Positions 30,437 through 39,427 of a stretch of DNA of 57,876 bases are shown here, piece after piece (the first letter of the stretch is position 1; each line of letters starts with the position of its first letter). The stretch lies in NCBI GenBank assembly GCA_045633825.1, contig JAZQZB010000013.1, positions 1-57,876 of the forward strand. Reading direction: 5' to 3'. The notes under the pieces were generated by a model. The model was not told where the DNA came from. It did not search any database and worked only from the letters and a program-made list of their open reading frames with translations. The stretch comes from Alphaproteobacteria bacterium. Its GTDB lineage: Bacteria > Pseudomonadota > Alphaproteobacteria > RF32 > CAG-239. Both the position numbers and the translations under genes were made by a program.

Positions 30437-30506
<70 letters not shown>

Positions 30507-30780
30507 ATTGTCTTTCGTTTGACAACGAAATGCTTTATAGAACATATTTTTTTTGTTGTCCAGCAAAATTTTTATATTTGTATATTTTTTTAATTAAAGA
30601 AGAGACTCTTATATTTTTAAAAGGTTATCTTTTGTAAAAAATATTTATTATATCGTTGATGGATATAACGTTTTTTGTTTTAAGGTTTTAGGTAAATAAA
30701 CTTTAGTTTAGATAAGTTGTAAAAAGGTGGGTAAATAGTTATTTTTTTTATTATTAAAAATGTTTTTAGGATATTAGATA

Positions 30781-31173
30781 ATGCGAAAAATAATGACATT
30801 GGTTTCTATGTGTTCGGTGGCTTCATGTGTCGGTTTGTCTGATAGTTCATCATATTCGGCAGATTTGCAAAAATGGGTCGGAAGAAGTGAGTATCAGCTT
30901 TATAATGCTTGGGGAAATCCGGAAGATGAGTTTTTTGTTACGCCGGATAAAAAAGTTGTTGTTTATATTCAAAGTTCGGTGTCCGGTGATTCGGATTTTT
31001 ATGAGAATGAGCTTTATTATCAGGGAATGGGCGAAAATAGGGGATTTTTGAGTGATTTGTTTGGACCACCAAAAGAAAAACAAATTGATGATTATTATTG
31101 TAAAACAAGTTTTGTGATACAAGATTCGATAATTGTTGATTATAATTTTAATGGTGATTATTGCGGTGGGTGA
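30781..31173 (+). CDS. Putative lipoprotein
   Basis: MRK + hydrophobic stretch + VASC lipobox-like; WVG.SE..L...WG.P and YYC.T.F...C pattern. Confidence 0.7.
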   Translation: MRKIMTLVSMCSVASCVGLSDSSSYSADLQKWVGRSEYQLYNAWGNPEDEFFVTPDKKVVVYIQSSVSGDSDFYENELYYQGMGENRGFLSDLFGPPKEKQIDDYYCKTSFVIQDSIIVDYNFNGDYCGG

Positions 31174-31184
31174 TTTAAAAGAGA

Positions 31185-31218
31185 AACACCTCTTCCTGCC
31201 TAAACAGGTAGAGGTGTT
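31185..31218. terminator. Hairpin between convergent ORFs
   Basis: AACACCTCT...AGAGGTGTT stem with inner CCTG/CAGG. Confidence 0.5.
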
Positions 31219-31229
31219 CGAAAGCTGAA

Positions 31230-31514
31230 TTAATATTGGAAATAATCGCGGGCATCTTCTTGCCTTTCAGCGAGTTCTTGGTCTATTATTTTCACTGTCC
31301 ACCGACAACAAGCCGGTGTGATCTTTGAAAAATCAATGTCGAAATCACTGAAGATGCACTCTGCACTTAATTTTTGCGCATCGTCAATTTTTCTTCCCAT
31401 TTCTTTCAGCAACTCTGTAGGTAGAGTAGGAATGGTCTCTTGAAGATACTCTCTCTGTTTCTGTGTCAGACTCCTTCCGTTTGCTTTTCCGCTTTTCTTT
31501 TTTTCTTTTGCCAT
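31230..31514 (-). CDS. Hypothetical protein (94 aa, basic N-terminus)
   Basis: Clean ORF filling the gap, with an A-rich leader lacking an SD; no recognisable domain. Confidence 0.6.
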   Translation of the reverse strand: MAKEKKKSGKANGRSLTQKQREYLQETIPTLPTELLKEMGRKIDDAQKLSAECIFSDFDIDFSKITPACCRWTVKIIDQELAERQEDARDYFQY

Positions 31515-31689
31515 AACTGATTGTTTTTAAAATGTTAAACATATATGGCTATTCTGCAAAAGCAGAAGATTGTATTACATAATATAGCCATAATTATTTT
31601 TTTCAATAGACTGATAATATCATATTTTGGCTATTGTGTCAATGATACATTAATAAAAAATATTTTCTTTCTACCTTTCACAAACAATA

Positions 31690-31721
31690 AAAAATACCCA
31701 CCTTTTTAGGTAGGTATTTTT
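31690..31721 (-). terminator. Terminator after tRNA-Ser
   Basis: AAAAATACCCACCT-loop-AGGTAGGTATTTTT directly 3' of the tRNA. Confidence 0.7.
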
Positions 31722-31724
31722 AAT

Positions 31725-31814
31725 TGGCGGAGAGGGTGAGATTCGAACTCACGGAGGGGTCGCCCCCTCGACGGTTTTCAAGACCGCTGCATTAAACCGC
31801 TCTGCCACCTCTCC
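31725..31814 (-). tRNA. tRNA-Ser (TGA)
   Basis: Reverse complement GGAGAGGTGGCAGAGCGGTTTAATGCAGCGGTCT-TGA-AAACCGTC-long variable arm-GTGAGTTCGAATCTCACCCTCTCCGCCA; 90 nt. Confidence 0.98.
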
Positions 31815-31990
31815 ATTTACAAAATCATGCGGTTCGAGAATTCTTTTATATTAAAGATTTTCAAAGGTCAAGAGTTTTTTACATTCTTTTCTTATAAAAA
31901 TCATCAATTTTATAAAATATCCTTTCAAACATTTTGAACTCATTCTGAAGATGGAGTTCTTTTTTTGTATTTCGGCTGTAATAAAAAGGT

Positions 31991-32695
31991 TTAGAGGTAA
32001 ATTTTTATAGCATATAAAATTGCTAAATGAATGGGGTAATATGCATAAAATATCCACCAAGGTTTTAAGAATCGTTTGGCTTTGGGTGATTTTGACAGAG
32101 GTAATAAAAATATAAGGGTTGTTAGGCAACTTATAATTGAAGCCGGTATTGAAATGTGTAGATTTATTAAAAAGCCTAAAACAAGACTGGTAATAGCAAA
32201 TATTTTGTTTTTGGTCTTAAACCAGCCATAAAAACTTAAGATATATAAAAGTCCGAAAAATTCGTAATCAGCTAAAAATGACAGCATTAAATTTATTAGG
32301 AGCAGATAAAATATTATGATAAAGCGAATTTTTTTATCTTTAATCTCATTATTTATTTTATTGATGCCGTAAATCGTTATCATACCGAGTAACAATGTCC
32401 AAAAAATATTAAACGGAAGTACGGAGTTAACCGATAGTTTTAACGGAATTAAAATTAAAGATGTAGTTACGGCAAAAGCAAAAAGGCGAGTAATATATTT
32501 TTTGAAACTGACATTTTGTGTTAAGTTAAAAACCATTAAAAATACAAAAATCGGAAAACTTAAACGCCCGATAAGCCGAAGAGATGTTTCAAAAGTCGGA
32601 GTTAAAATGTATCCGATATGATCAATGGTCATTGTCAAAATGGCAATGATTTTTAAGATGTCTTGATTTATTTGTAAAGTAATTGCTTTTTTCAT
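31991..32695 (-). CDS. TraX-family membrane protein (putative acyltransferase)
   Basis: LKIIAILTMTIDHIG, IGRLSFPIF, NIFWTL, ADY, FYAYYPIHLAIL: typical TraX motifs. Confidence 0.85.
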   Translation of the reverse strand: MKKAITLQINQDILKIIAILTMTIDHIGYILTPTFETSLRLIGRLSFPIFVFLMVFNLTQNVSFKKYITRLFAFAVTTSLILIPLKLSVNSVLPFNIFWTLLLGMITIYGINKINNEIKDKKIRFIIIFYLLLINLMLSFLADYEFFGLLYILSFYGWFKTKNKIFAITSLVLGFLINLHISIPASIISCLTTLIFLLPLSKSPKAKRFLKPWWIFYAYYPIHLAILYAIKIYL

Positions 32696-32763
32696 GTGTT
32701 GTAGTATGTTTGAGTTATATTTAATATTTAAGATAAATCTAAATAGTTCATAAAAGGTAAAAA

Positions 32764-33267
32764 ATGAAAATTGTTAATATAAACGGGCCGATAAATTCGG
32801 GGAAATCTACGGTATCAAAATTGTTGATTGAAAAGATTGGCAGGTCATTATTTATTGAAGTAGATGATTTGCTTTCAGATGAGGAGCAAGAAATTTTAGG
32901 TTTAACAATGGAAGAGGGTTGGGGCGAGAGAACTAATCGTTTAAGTAAATTGATAAATCAATATAAAGAAAATAAACAATATGATGTGGTTGTATTTGCT
33001 TATCCGATAACTCGAAAATTGTATGATGAATGGAAAGCTTGGGAAGATAAGAATACTTTGTTTATTAATATAACTTTGTCGCCACGTTTGGAAGTATGTT
33101 TGAAAAACAGAGGGCAAAGAGAACTTGAAGAATGGGAAATAAAGAGAATTAAACAAATGTATGATGAGGGGTATAATAATCGTGAGTATGCCGATTTAAC
33201 TATTGATAATTCAGCGCAAACTCCTCAAGAATCGGTTGATGAAATTTTAAGTTTTTTAAAAATTTAA
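32764..33267 (+). CDS. P-loop NTPase / small-molecule kinase (shikimate/nucleotide kinase-like)
   Basis: INGPINSGKST Walker A, EVDDL, lid R..R, IDNS..TPQE. Confidence 0.75.
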   Translation: MKIVNINGPINSGKSTVSKLLIEKIGRSLFIEVDDLLSDEEQEILGLTMEEGWGERTNRLSKLINQYKENKQYDVVVFAYPITRKLYDEWKAWEDKNTLFINITLSPRLEVCLKNRGQRELEEWEIKRIKQMYDEGYNNREYADLTIDNSAQTPQESVDEILSFLKI

Positions 33268-33298
33268 AGAGCTCGTATCTTTTGGATAGAGCTCTTTA
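33264..33298. terminator. Terminator hairpin
   Basis: TTAAAGAGCTC...GAGCTCTTTAA at the kinase stop. Confidence 0.6.
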
Positions 33299-33485
33299 AT
33301 GGCGGATGTTTCTCGCTTATTTTTTTACAATAAAGAATTTATTGTAATAAGTGCTTCCGAGATATTTGCGAAGAATTGTGTTTTCCTCGTCTGTTATCTC
33401 AAAGAAGTCTTGCGACATAGTTTTATAATGTTTAACTTGAATGAGCGGTTTATATCATAGTTTGAACTGTTGGGCAAGAAAAATT

Positions 33486-33962
33486 TTAGTTGTTATAATG
33501 TTTGATAATGTTATAGTTTTCATTATCATTTATAGGAGAAAAATTTTTTAATCTGTCGTTAAAACAGCTTTCATCAATATAGAGTTCATCAGGGTTATTT
33601 TTGGTGCGATTTAAAACTCTGGTTTTAGCGACTTTGATATCGCAAATGAGAGTATGAAAATATATTTTATCGGTTAAGGTTTTGGCCCAGTTATAAAATT
33701 CTTGTCGAGTTTTAATATCCCAAAATCCAAAATCTAAAATAATATTATGCCCGTTGTTTATTGCTTTTTGAGCTTCGTCCTTGATGTATTGAGTAACTTC
33801 TTCACAGCATTTGGCAAAGTTATCAGGTGTTCGGCCGTATCGAGCGAGCATAATTTCATCATGAGTGAAACGAACAGCCGGAAGAGATTGTTCCAGTTGT
33901 TTGGCTAAAGTGGTTTTACCGAAGCCCATAAAACCGTGTATAAGATGAATTTCTGCGCTCAT
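33486..33962 (-). CDS. AAA_33-like P-loop kinase
   Basis: HGFMGFGKTT Walker A, RFTHDE, IILDFGFW..R, RV..R lid. Confidence 0.8.
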   Translation of the reverse strand: MSAEIHLIHGFMGFGKTTLAKQLEQSLPAVRFTHDEIMLARYGRTPDNFAKCCEEVTQYIKDEAQKAINNGHNIILDFGFWDIKTRQEFYNWAKTLTDKIYFHTLICDIKVAKTRVLNRTKNNPDELYIDESCFNDRLKNFSPINDNENYNIIKHYNN

Positions 33963-33963
33963 T

Positions 33964-34371
33964 TTATTTTTGTTCCAATCTTTTTTGTAAAATTGCCGCT
34001 TCGGCTTTTATCCATTTGGCAATATCAGATGATTGAATTTGAGATAGGGGCATCCATTGATAATCTTCGTGCTCGTCAGAAAGCAGAATGTCGCCTGATA
34101 TGTAGCGAACGGCAAAAGTTACCCCGTAGAGCATTTTGTTTTCATCTAAACAGTTCCATGCGCGAATAATATCAATAATTTCGCCGGTAATGTTGGCTTC
34201 TTCTTTTAGTTCACGATGAAGAGCCTGTTCAAAACTTTCGCCTTGTTCAATGCCTCCGCCGGGGATATCCCATTCGATTTTAGCATCAGAAGAGGTGCGT
34301 TTGCGTTTAAGAATGAGAACTTTGTCGTTTTTGATAACTAAAGCTTTGGCCGCTACACGTAAATCTGTCAT
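33964..34371 (-). CDS. NUDIX hydrolase
   Basis: WDIPGGGIEQGESFEQALHRELKEEANI NUDIX box, LSDEHEDYQW; AAGGA before ATG 34371 (start corrected). Confidence 0.92.
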   Translation of the reverse strand: MTDLRVAAKALVIKNDKVLILKRKRTSSDAKIEWDIPGGGIEQGESFEQALHRELKEEANITGEIIDIIRAWNCLDENKMLYGVTFAVRYISGDILLSDEHEDYQWMPLSQIQSSDIAKWIKAEAAILQKRLEQK

Positions 34372-34442
34372 TTTTTTTATCCTTAACCGTTTGTTTTTTA
34401 ATAGAGTAGTCGTAAAAAAATTTTTTGACAATAAAAAAGTGA

Positions 34443-34499
34443 TTGACAAAGAAAATTTTTAGAACATAATCAGAACATATAAAAGAACATAATAAGAAC
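34443..34499 (+). promoter_or_regulatory. Sigma70 promoter overlapped by two LexA (SOS) boxes
   Basis: TTGACA (34443)-16 bp-CATAAT; GAAC-ATAATCA-GAAC (34462-76) and GAAC-ATAATAA-GAAC (34485-99) fit the alphaproteobacterial LexA consensus GAAC-N7-GAAC. Confidence 0.8.
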
Positions 34500-34525
34500 A
34501 AAAAAACGAGTCGGGGAGATTTTTT

Positions 34526-34942
34526 ATGATAAAAATAAGCGGGAAAGAAAATTTGGTTGTCGGCGGTATTTTCGGTTGTTTAATCGGAGGATTGTTTATT
34601 GCTTTTGGCGGTATGGGCAATTTTTGGTGTGAGATGTTGTTTTGGTCATTTGTTTTGTATGTGGTTGCAGTTTATTTTGAAATTGTTCCGAATATGATAA
34701 AAAATATGATGAAAAAACATGATTTGTTATCGCAATGCTTGATGTCGTTGGCTTGGGTTCCTACAATCGTCGGCGGAATGATAGTGTTTTTTCTGGGAAG
34801 TTTGTTGTTTGTGGACTATAGCGCTGTTGAATTAAGTAAAATATTAATTTGTTCCAAGACAATATTGTCAGGAATGATGATGTTGTCGTTGAGTGTGGTG
34901 TATTTTAAAAGATTGAATAGTTTCAGGTTGATAAATTTTTAG
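34526..34942 (+). CDS. Hypothetical membrane protein (about 4 TM), predicted SOS-regulated
   Basis: GGGGAG RBS; four hydrophobic segments; lies directly behind the LexA boxes. Confidence 0.7.
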   Translation: MIKISGKENLVVGGIFGCLIGGLFIAFGGMGNFWCEMLFWSFVLYVVAVYFEIVPNMIKNMMKKHDLLSQCLMSLAWVPTIVGGMIVFFLGSLLFVDYSAVELSKILICSKTILSGMMMLSLSVVYFKRLNSFRLINF

Positions 34943-35005
34943 TTCTTGACATAGTGGTAAGAGTGTGTATCCATTTATATATTATATAAGAAATGGAGTT
35001 GTAAA

Positions 35006-35893
35006 ATGTGTCAAAATAAATATTCAAAAAAATCATATAAATTGATGAAAGCTTTTCAACAAGATGAGCTTAACAGCGCGGCAATTTATGCTCATTTTGC
35101 GCATTGTGATAAAGATAAAAAAAATTGCCAAATTTTGCAGCAAATTGCTAATGATGAGGCTCATCATGCAACAGTATGGAAAAAATATACCGGTAAACAT
35201 ATGCGTCCAAATATGTTTAAAGTGTGGTGGTATAGAATTTTGACATATTTATTGGGATATACCTTTGTAATAAAACTTTTGGAACTTCATGAATATGATG
35301 GAATTAAAGGCTTGGAAGAATTGAAAAAGGAAATTCCCGAAGTCGAAGATATTATCAAAGATGAGCAAAACCATGAAAAACAGCTTATTGATATGCTTGA
35401 TGAAGAAAGATTGAACTATATCGGGGCAATGGTGTTAGGCTTGAATGATGCGTTGGTAGAGTTGACCGGTGCGATTGCCGGTTTGACTTTTGTGTTGATG
35501 AATACTACTTTGATTGCGATGTCGGGAGTTATTACCGGAATTGCGGCAACTTTGTCAATGGCGGCATCAAATTATTTGGCTGAGCGAGCTGACGGAAATC
35601 CAAATGCTTTGAAGGCTTCTTTTTATACCGGAATTGCTTATTTGGTTACAGTTGTGTGTTTGGTGGCTCCTTATTTGCTGTTTCCAAATGAGATGTTTTT
35701 GTGGGCACTTATTTGTATGATTGCGATTGTGGTGTTATTAGTATTTGTGTTTAACTTCTATATTGCCACGGTTAAATCAGAGCCGTTTTTGCCCAAATTT
35801 ATCGAGATGTCGGCAATCAGCCTTTCGGTTGCCTTAATTTCTTTCTTAATCGGCTTGGCAGCTAAAACGTTTTTCGGAATAGAAATAGGATAA
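35006..35893 (+). CDS. Rubrerythrin-like + VIT1/CCC1 iron transporter fusion
   Basis: DE...Y, DEAHH and DEQNH diiron motifs; VLGLNDALVELTGA and SMAASNYL VIT1 motifs. Confidence 0.9.
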   Translation: MCQNKYSKKSYKLMKAFQQDELNSAAIYAHFAHCDKDKKNCQILQQIANDEAHHATVWKKYTGKHMRPNMFKVWWYRILTYLLGYTFVIKLLELHEYDGIKGLEELKKEIPEVEDIIKDEQNHEKQLIDMLDEERLNYIGAMVLGLNDALVELTGAIAGLTFVLMNTTLIAMSGVITGIAATLSMAASNYLAERADGNPNALKASFYTGIAYLVTVVCLVAPYLLFPNEMFLWALICMIAIVVLLVFVFNFYIATVKSEPFLPKFIEMSAISLSVALISFLIGLAAKTFFGIEIG

Positions 35894-35964
35894 AATTTAT
35901 TTTGTAAAAAGTTTAAAATTTAAAATTCCTTCTTATCTTTTAGAGATATGGAGGAGTTTTTTTG

Positions 35965-36462
35965 ATGAAAATATATGTAAATGATAAAATGCAAAAGGGG
36001 TATGTTTATGAAACGACCGAGCCGGAGGGAATAAATTTTGCTAAAGGGTTTGAGCCGGAATTAACACCCAAGCAAATGTTAATGTTGGGAGTTTTTGAAG
36101 GGCATTATCTTAATGATTGTAGAGCAGAGTTTCCTTCAACTTGGTTTGAGGGGGCAAAATTATCGGAAGGTAAGGCGGATGTAACTAAAAATTGTTTTGG
36201 AGTAAAATCCAGACAAGATTTGGATATTTGGCGGAAAAAAGGGTGGATTATTGAGCCTGATGTCCGAGGTTGGTTTCAATGGTATTGCAGATATTATATG
36301 GGACGCAGAATCGAAGGGGTTGATAAAATTCAGATTAAAAGATGGAAGGCTTTTCGACGACACAAGGTTCAACTGGAGCGAAACTGCGCAATGATGGATT
36401 TTGATTGTCGAAAAAAACAGCGTCAAGCCTTACTTCAGTGGGCTTATAATCCGTTTTTTTGA
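35965..36462 (+). CDS. Conserved hypothetical protein
   Basis: GGAGGAG RBS; F.PELTPKQML.LGVFEG.Y, GWFQWYCRYYMGRR, RQALLQWAY motif-like blocks; function unknown. Confidence 0.8.
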   Translation: MKIYVNDKMQKGYVYETTEPEGINFAKGFEPELTPKQMLMLGVFEGHYLNDCRAEFPSTWFEGAKLSEGKADVTKNCFGVKSRQDLDIWRKKGWIIEPDVRGWFQWYCRYYMGRRIEGVDKIQIKRWKAFRRHKVQLERNCAMMDFDCRKKQRQALLQWAYNPFF

Positions 36463-36491
36463 AAATAATGGTTCGAGATAGAATAATTTGT

Positions 36492-36520
36492 TTGACAGTG
36501 AATTTGTTTAGGCATATTCT
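36492..36520 (+). promoter_or_regulatory. Sigma70 promoter for the OMP leader
   Basis: TTGACA-17 bp-TATTCT. Confidence 0.7.
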
Positions 36521-36526
36521 GTATCT

Positions 36527-36731
36527 GCATTGGTTGATTACCAATGTGAGGTTTAGAACCCTCTTTGAACTCGTCTTTAGTGTATAGGACGTTAAATTTT
36601 GCACGCCTCTGGTTATTTATATAAATGACTGGAAGGCGGTAAAATAAACCTTGCGGTCAATATACCGTACTATTTGTTCAATAGGTTCTAACTTCCAGTC
36701 GCCTCTAATCAAGGCGATTTAATTTTTGAAC
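36527..36731 (+). ncRNA. C4/CI-like antisense RNA with a1/b1 and a2 target sites
   Basis: Stem GACTGGAAG (36627)/CTTCCAGTC (36692) encloses two hairpins; GTTCAA and GGTTCTAA are complementary to upstream TTGAAC and TTAGAACC and to downstream TTGAAC. Confidence 0.65.
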
Positions 36732-36752
36732 TAAAAGAAAGGAAGTTAAAAT

Positions 36753-37343
36753 ATGAAAAAAACGTTATTATTGGCAGGTGTTGCCACAGCGTTGTTTGCT
36801 ATAAATGCTAAGGCCGTTGAATTTAAACCTTATATGGGATTGGATTATGTTTATTCAGATGCAGGAATGAAAGATAATGCTGATGTAGTTTATGAAACAA
36901 AATATAATTCATTTAAATTTGACTTAGGTGCTAAATTGAATAAAAATTTTGGTTTAGAAGTTTTTTATCAACAATCAGGCGAAGAAGATAAAAAGCACGC
37001 TACGGCATCCATTTTGGGTGCGAATGCAGAAATATCAACAGAATTTAAGGCATATGGTGTTGATGTAATAGGATATTTGCCATTAACAGATAAATTAGAA
37101 GGTCTAGGTTCTGTCGGTTTTGCAAAATATGATTTTGAGGCTGAATACAATTTAATCGGTGTGGCAAAAGAAAAACAAGATGAAGACAATGTAGGAATTC
37201 GCTTGGGATTAGGTTTGCAATATAATCTTACAGATAATGTTGCTGTAAATGGTATGGCTCGTTATGTTAAAATAGATGATTCTGATAGTGATGTTGTTGA
37301 GGATATAACAGAATTTTCTATCGGGGCTAGATATTCATTCTAA
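36753..37343 (+). CDS. Outer-membrane beta-barrel protein (OmpA-like transmembrane/porin family)
   Basis: Signal peptide ending AKA; alternating amphipathic strands; C-terminal GARYSF beta-signal. Confidence 0.9.
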   Translation: MKKTLLLAGVATALFAINAKAVEFKPYMGLDYVYSDAGMKDNADVVYETKYNSFKFDLGAKLNKNFGLEVFYQQSGEEDKKHATASILGANAEISTEFKAYGVDVIGYLPLTDKLEGLGSVGFAKYDFEAEYNLIGVAKEKQDEDNVGIRLGLGLQYNLTDNVAVNGMARYVKIDDSDSDVVEDITEFSIGARYSF

Positions 37344-37355
37344 TTAAATTTCATG

Positions 37356-37385
37356 AAAAAAGGCGGGGAAAATCCTCGCCTTTTT
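37356..37385. terminator. Bidirectional terminator (OMP / recA)
   Basis: AAAAAGGCGGGGA-loop-TCCTCGCCTTTTT. Confidence 0.75.
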
Positions 37386-37404
37386 AATTGAAGTTATATA
37401 GTGA

Positions 37405-38433
37405 TTATTCTTCGTCGCCGATAGTTTCTCCGCCAATCATTTCGGCACTTAAATGGCCTGATTCAGCTTTGATTTTATTCTCAATTTCTTCAGCGATTTC
37501 GGGGTGATCACGTAAAAATGTTTTGGCATTTTCACGACCTTGACCGATTTTGTCGCCGTTGTATGAGAACCATGCGCCCGATTTTTCAATAACGCCGGCT
37601 TTGACACCCAAATCAACGATTTCGCCGGTTTTGGAAATACCTTCACCATACATAATGTCAAAATCAACAACTTTGAACGGAGGAGCAACTTTGTTTTTGA
37701 CAATTTTGACTCGGGTTTGTGAACCGATAATATCTTCTTTGTCTTTGATTTTGCCGATTGAACGGATATCAATACGAACCGAAGCATAAAATTTCAAAGC
37801 ATTACCGCCGGTGGTGGTTTCGGGGTTGCCGAACATAACCCCGATCTTCATTCTTATTTGGTTGATGAAAATTACCAAAGTGTTTGAGCGGGCAATGGTT
37901 GAAGTAAGTTTGCGCAATGCTTGAGACATTAAGCGAGCTTGTAAACCCATATGGGAATCGCCCATTTCGCCTTCGAGCTCTGCTTTCGGAACAAGAGCTG
38001 CAACAGAGTCTACAACCAAAACGTCAATAGCCCCCGAGCGGACTAAAGTATCGGTAATTTCAAGGGCTTGTTCGCCGGCATCAGGTTGAGAGATAAGAAG
38101 ATTTTCTAAATCAACGCCGATTTTTTTTGCATATGAGGGATCAAGAGCGTGTTCGGCATCAATAAAAGCACAGGTTCCGCCGTTTTTTTGAGCTTGAGCA
38201 ATAACACTTAAAGCAAGTGTTGTTTTACCGGAACTTTCGGGGCCGTATATTTCGATAATACGACCTTTGGGAAGACCTCCGATACCTAAAGCCATATCAA
38301 GTCCGAGTGAGCCGGTGGGTACTGCTTCAATATCAACATGGGCATTGTCTTGCCCCATTCTCATAATTGAGCCTTTACCGAATGCTTTTTCAATTTGACT
38401 TAAGGCGGCGTCCAGCGCTTTATCTTTATCCAT
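37405..38433 (-). CDS. recA: Recombinase A
   Basis: [53 protein letters not shown]. Confidence 0.99.
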   Translation of the reverse strand: MDKDKALDAALSQIEKAFGKGSIMRMGQDNAHVDIEAVPTGSLGLDMALGIGGLPKGRIIEIYGPESSGKTTLALSVIAQAQKNGGTCAFIDAEHALDPSYAKKIGVDLENLLISQPDAGEQALEITDTLVRSGAIDVLVVDSVAALVPKAELEGEMGDSHMGLQARLMSQALRKLTSTIARSNTLVIFINQIRMKIGVMFGNPETTTGGNALKFYASVRIDIRSIGKIKDKEDIIGSQTRVKIVKNKVAPPFKVVDFDIMYGEGISKTGEIVDLGVKAGVIEKSGAWFSYNGDKIGQGRENAKTFLRDHPEIAEEIENKIKAESGHLSAEMIGGETIGDEE

Positions 38434-38491
38434 AGTTCTCTCCGTTTATTAAAAAGTTTCTTAAAATAGAATCGATATCTATAAGTATAAT

Positions 38492-38506
38492 GTTCTATTT
38501 ATGTTC
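38492..38506 (-). promoter_or_regulatory. LexA box upstream of recA
   Basis: GTTC-TATTTAT-GTTC (minus strand GAAC-ATAAATA-GAAC) about 60 bp before the recA start, overlapping the yihY stop codon. Confidence 0.85.
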
Positions 38507-39427
38507 TTTTTGCAAGAACTTTTTTTGATAATTTTTTCTTCTCGGATAATATTTGTTATTAGCCCTTGAATTTTCAGTGTTTTTATTTTCTAAACCTTCT
38601 TTATATTCTCCTAAAGCGGCGGTTATGGCGGCGCCGAAAATCATTACTGCCCAAGTAAAGTACAGCCACACAAGAAGAACGGGAATAGCGGCTAATGCTC
38701 CGTATAAGGTTGTGTAGGCAACTGATGAGGCAATAAATGTTCCGAAGAATTTGCGCATAATATAAAAAGCAATAGACGCTATAATTGCGCCGACAAAAGC
38801 ATGAATAAATCGTACTTTTTTATTGGGGACCAAAATATATACCAACATTATTGCGCCTAAAGTTAAAAGGCTTGGTAATATTGATGATAAGAAAAAGTCA
38901 GTTCCCATATATTCAGGCATAAACTTTTGCAAAGTATAAAAATACCCCCTCAAAGAAAATCCGACACCATACAAAAGAGGACCTAAAGTTATGATTGTCC
39001 AATAAAGAGTGATTTTGGTTTTGATACTGCGAGGTTTATAGACTTTGAAAATGTAGTTGAACGAATTTTCAATGGTCGAGAGCAATAAAATTGCGGTTAC
39101 GGCGATACCGACAACGCCGACAGTGGTCAGTTTGGCGGTAGCTGAAATAAACTCGTTAAAATATTGACTTATCTCTTTACCGATTGAGGGGACAAGATTT
39201 TGAATAATGGTGTCTTGAAGTTGAGCTCTTATTTCATTGAACACCGGAAATGCCGAAAATACAGCCAAACCGATAGCAATTAAAGGAACAAGAGCAATAA
39301 GTGATGTATAACTTAAAGACGAGGCTACTCGTAAAATATTATCAGTTTGAATGCGAGATGCTACAAATCGACATAATTTGCCTGTATTGGTTGAAATTGT
39401 TTTTATTTTGTTAAAGTTAATATTCAT
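38495..39427 (-). CDS. yihY: YihY/virulence factor BrkB family membrane protein
   Basis: ASSLSYTSLIALVP, IENSFNYIF, YWTIITLGP, LYGALAAIP..LVWLY. Confidence 0.88.
   Translation of the reverse strand: MNINFNKIKTISTNTGKLCRFVASRIQTDNILRVASSLSYTSLIALVPLIAIGLAVFSAFPVFNEIRAQLQDTIIQNLVPSIGKEISQYFNEFISATAKLTTVGVVGIAVTAILLLSTIENSFNYIFKVYKPRSIKTKITLYWTIITLGPLLYGVGFSLRGYFYTLQKFMPEYMGTDFFLSSILPSLLTLGAIMLVYILVPNKKVRFIHAFVGAIIASIAFYIMRKFFGTFIASSVAYTTLYGALAAIPVLLVWLYFTWAVMIFGAAITAALGEYKEGLENKNTENSRANNKYYPRRKNYQKKFLQKEHK

Noticed and set aside
36335-36604. 89-aa minus-strand ORF as an icd/ash-like peptide
   Set aside because: Wrong strand for the C4-type cassette, overlaps a real gene, and shows no motif.
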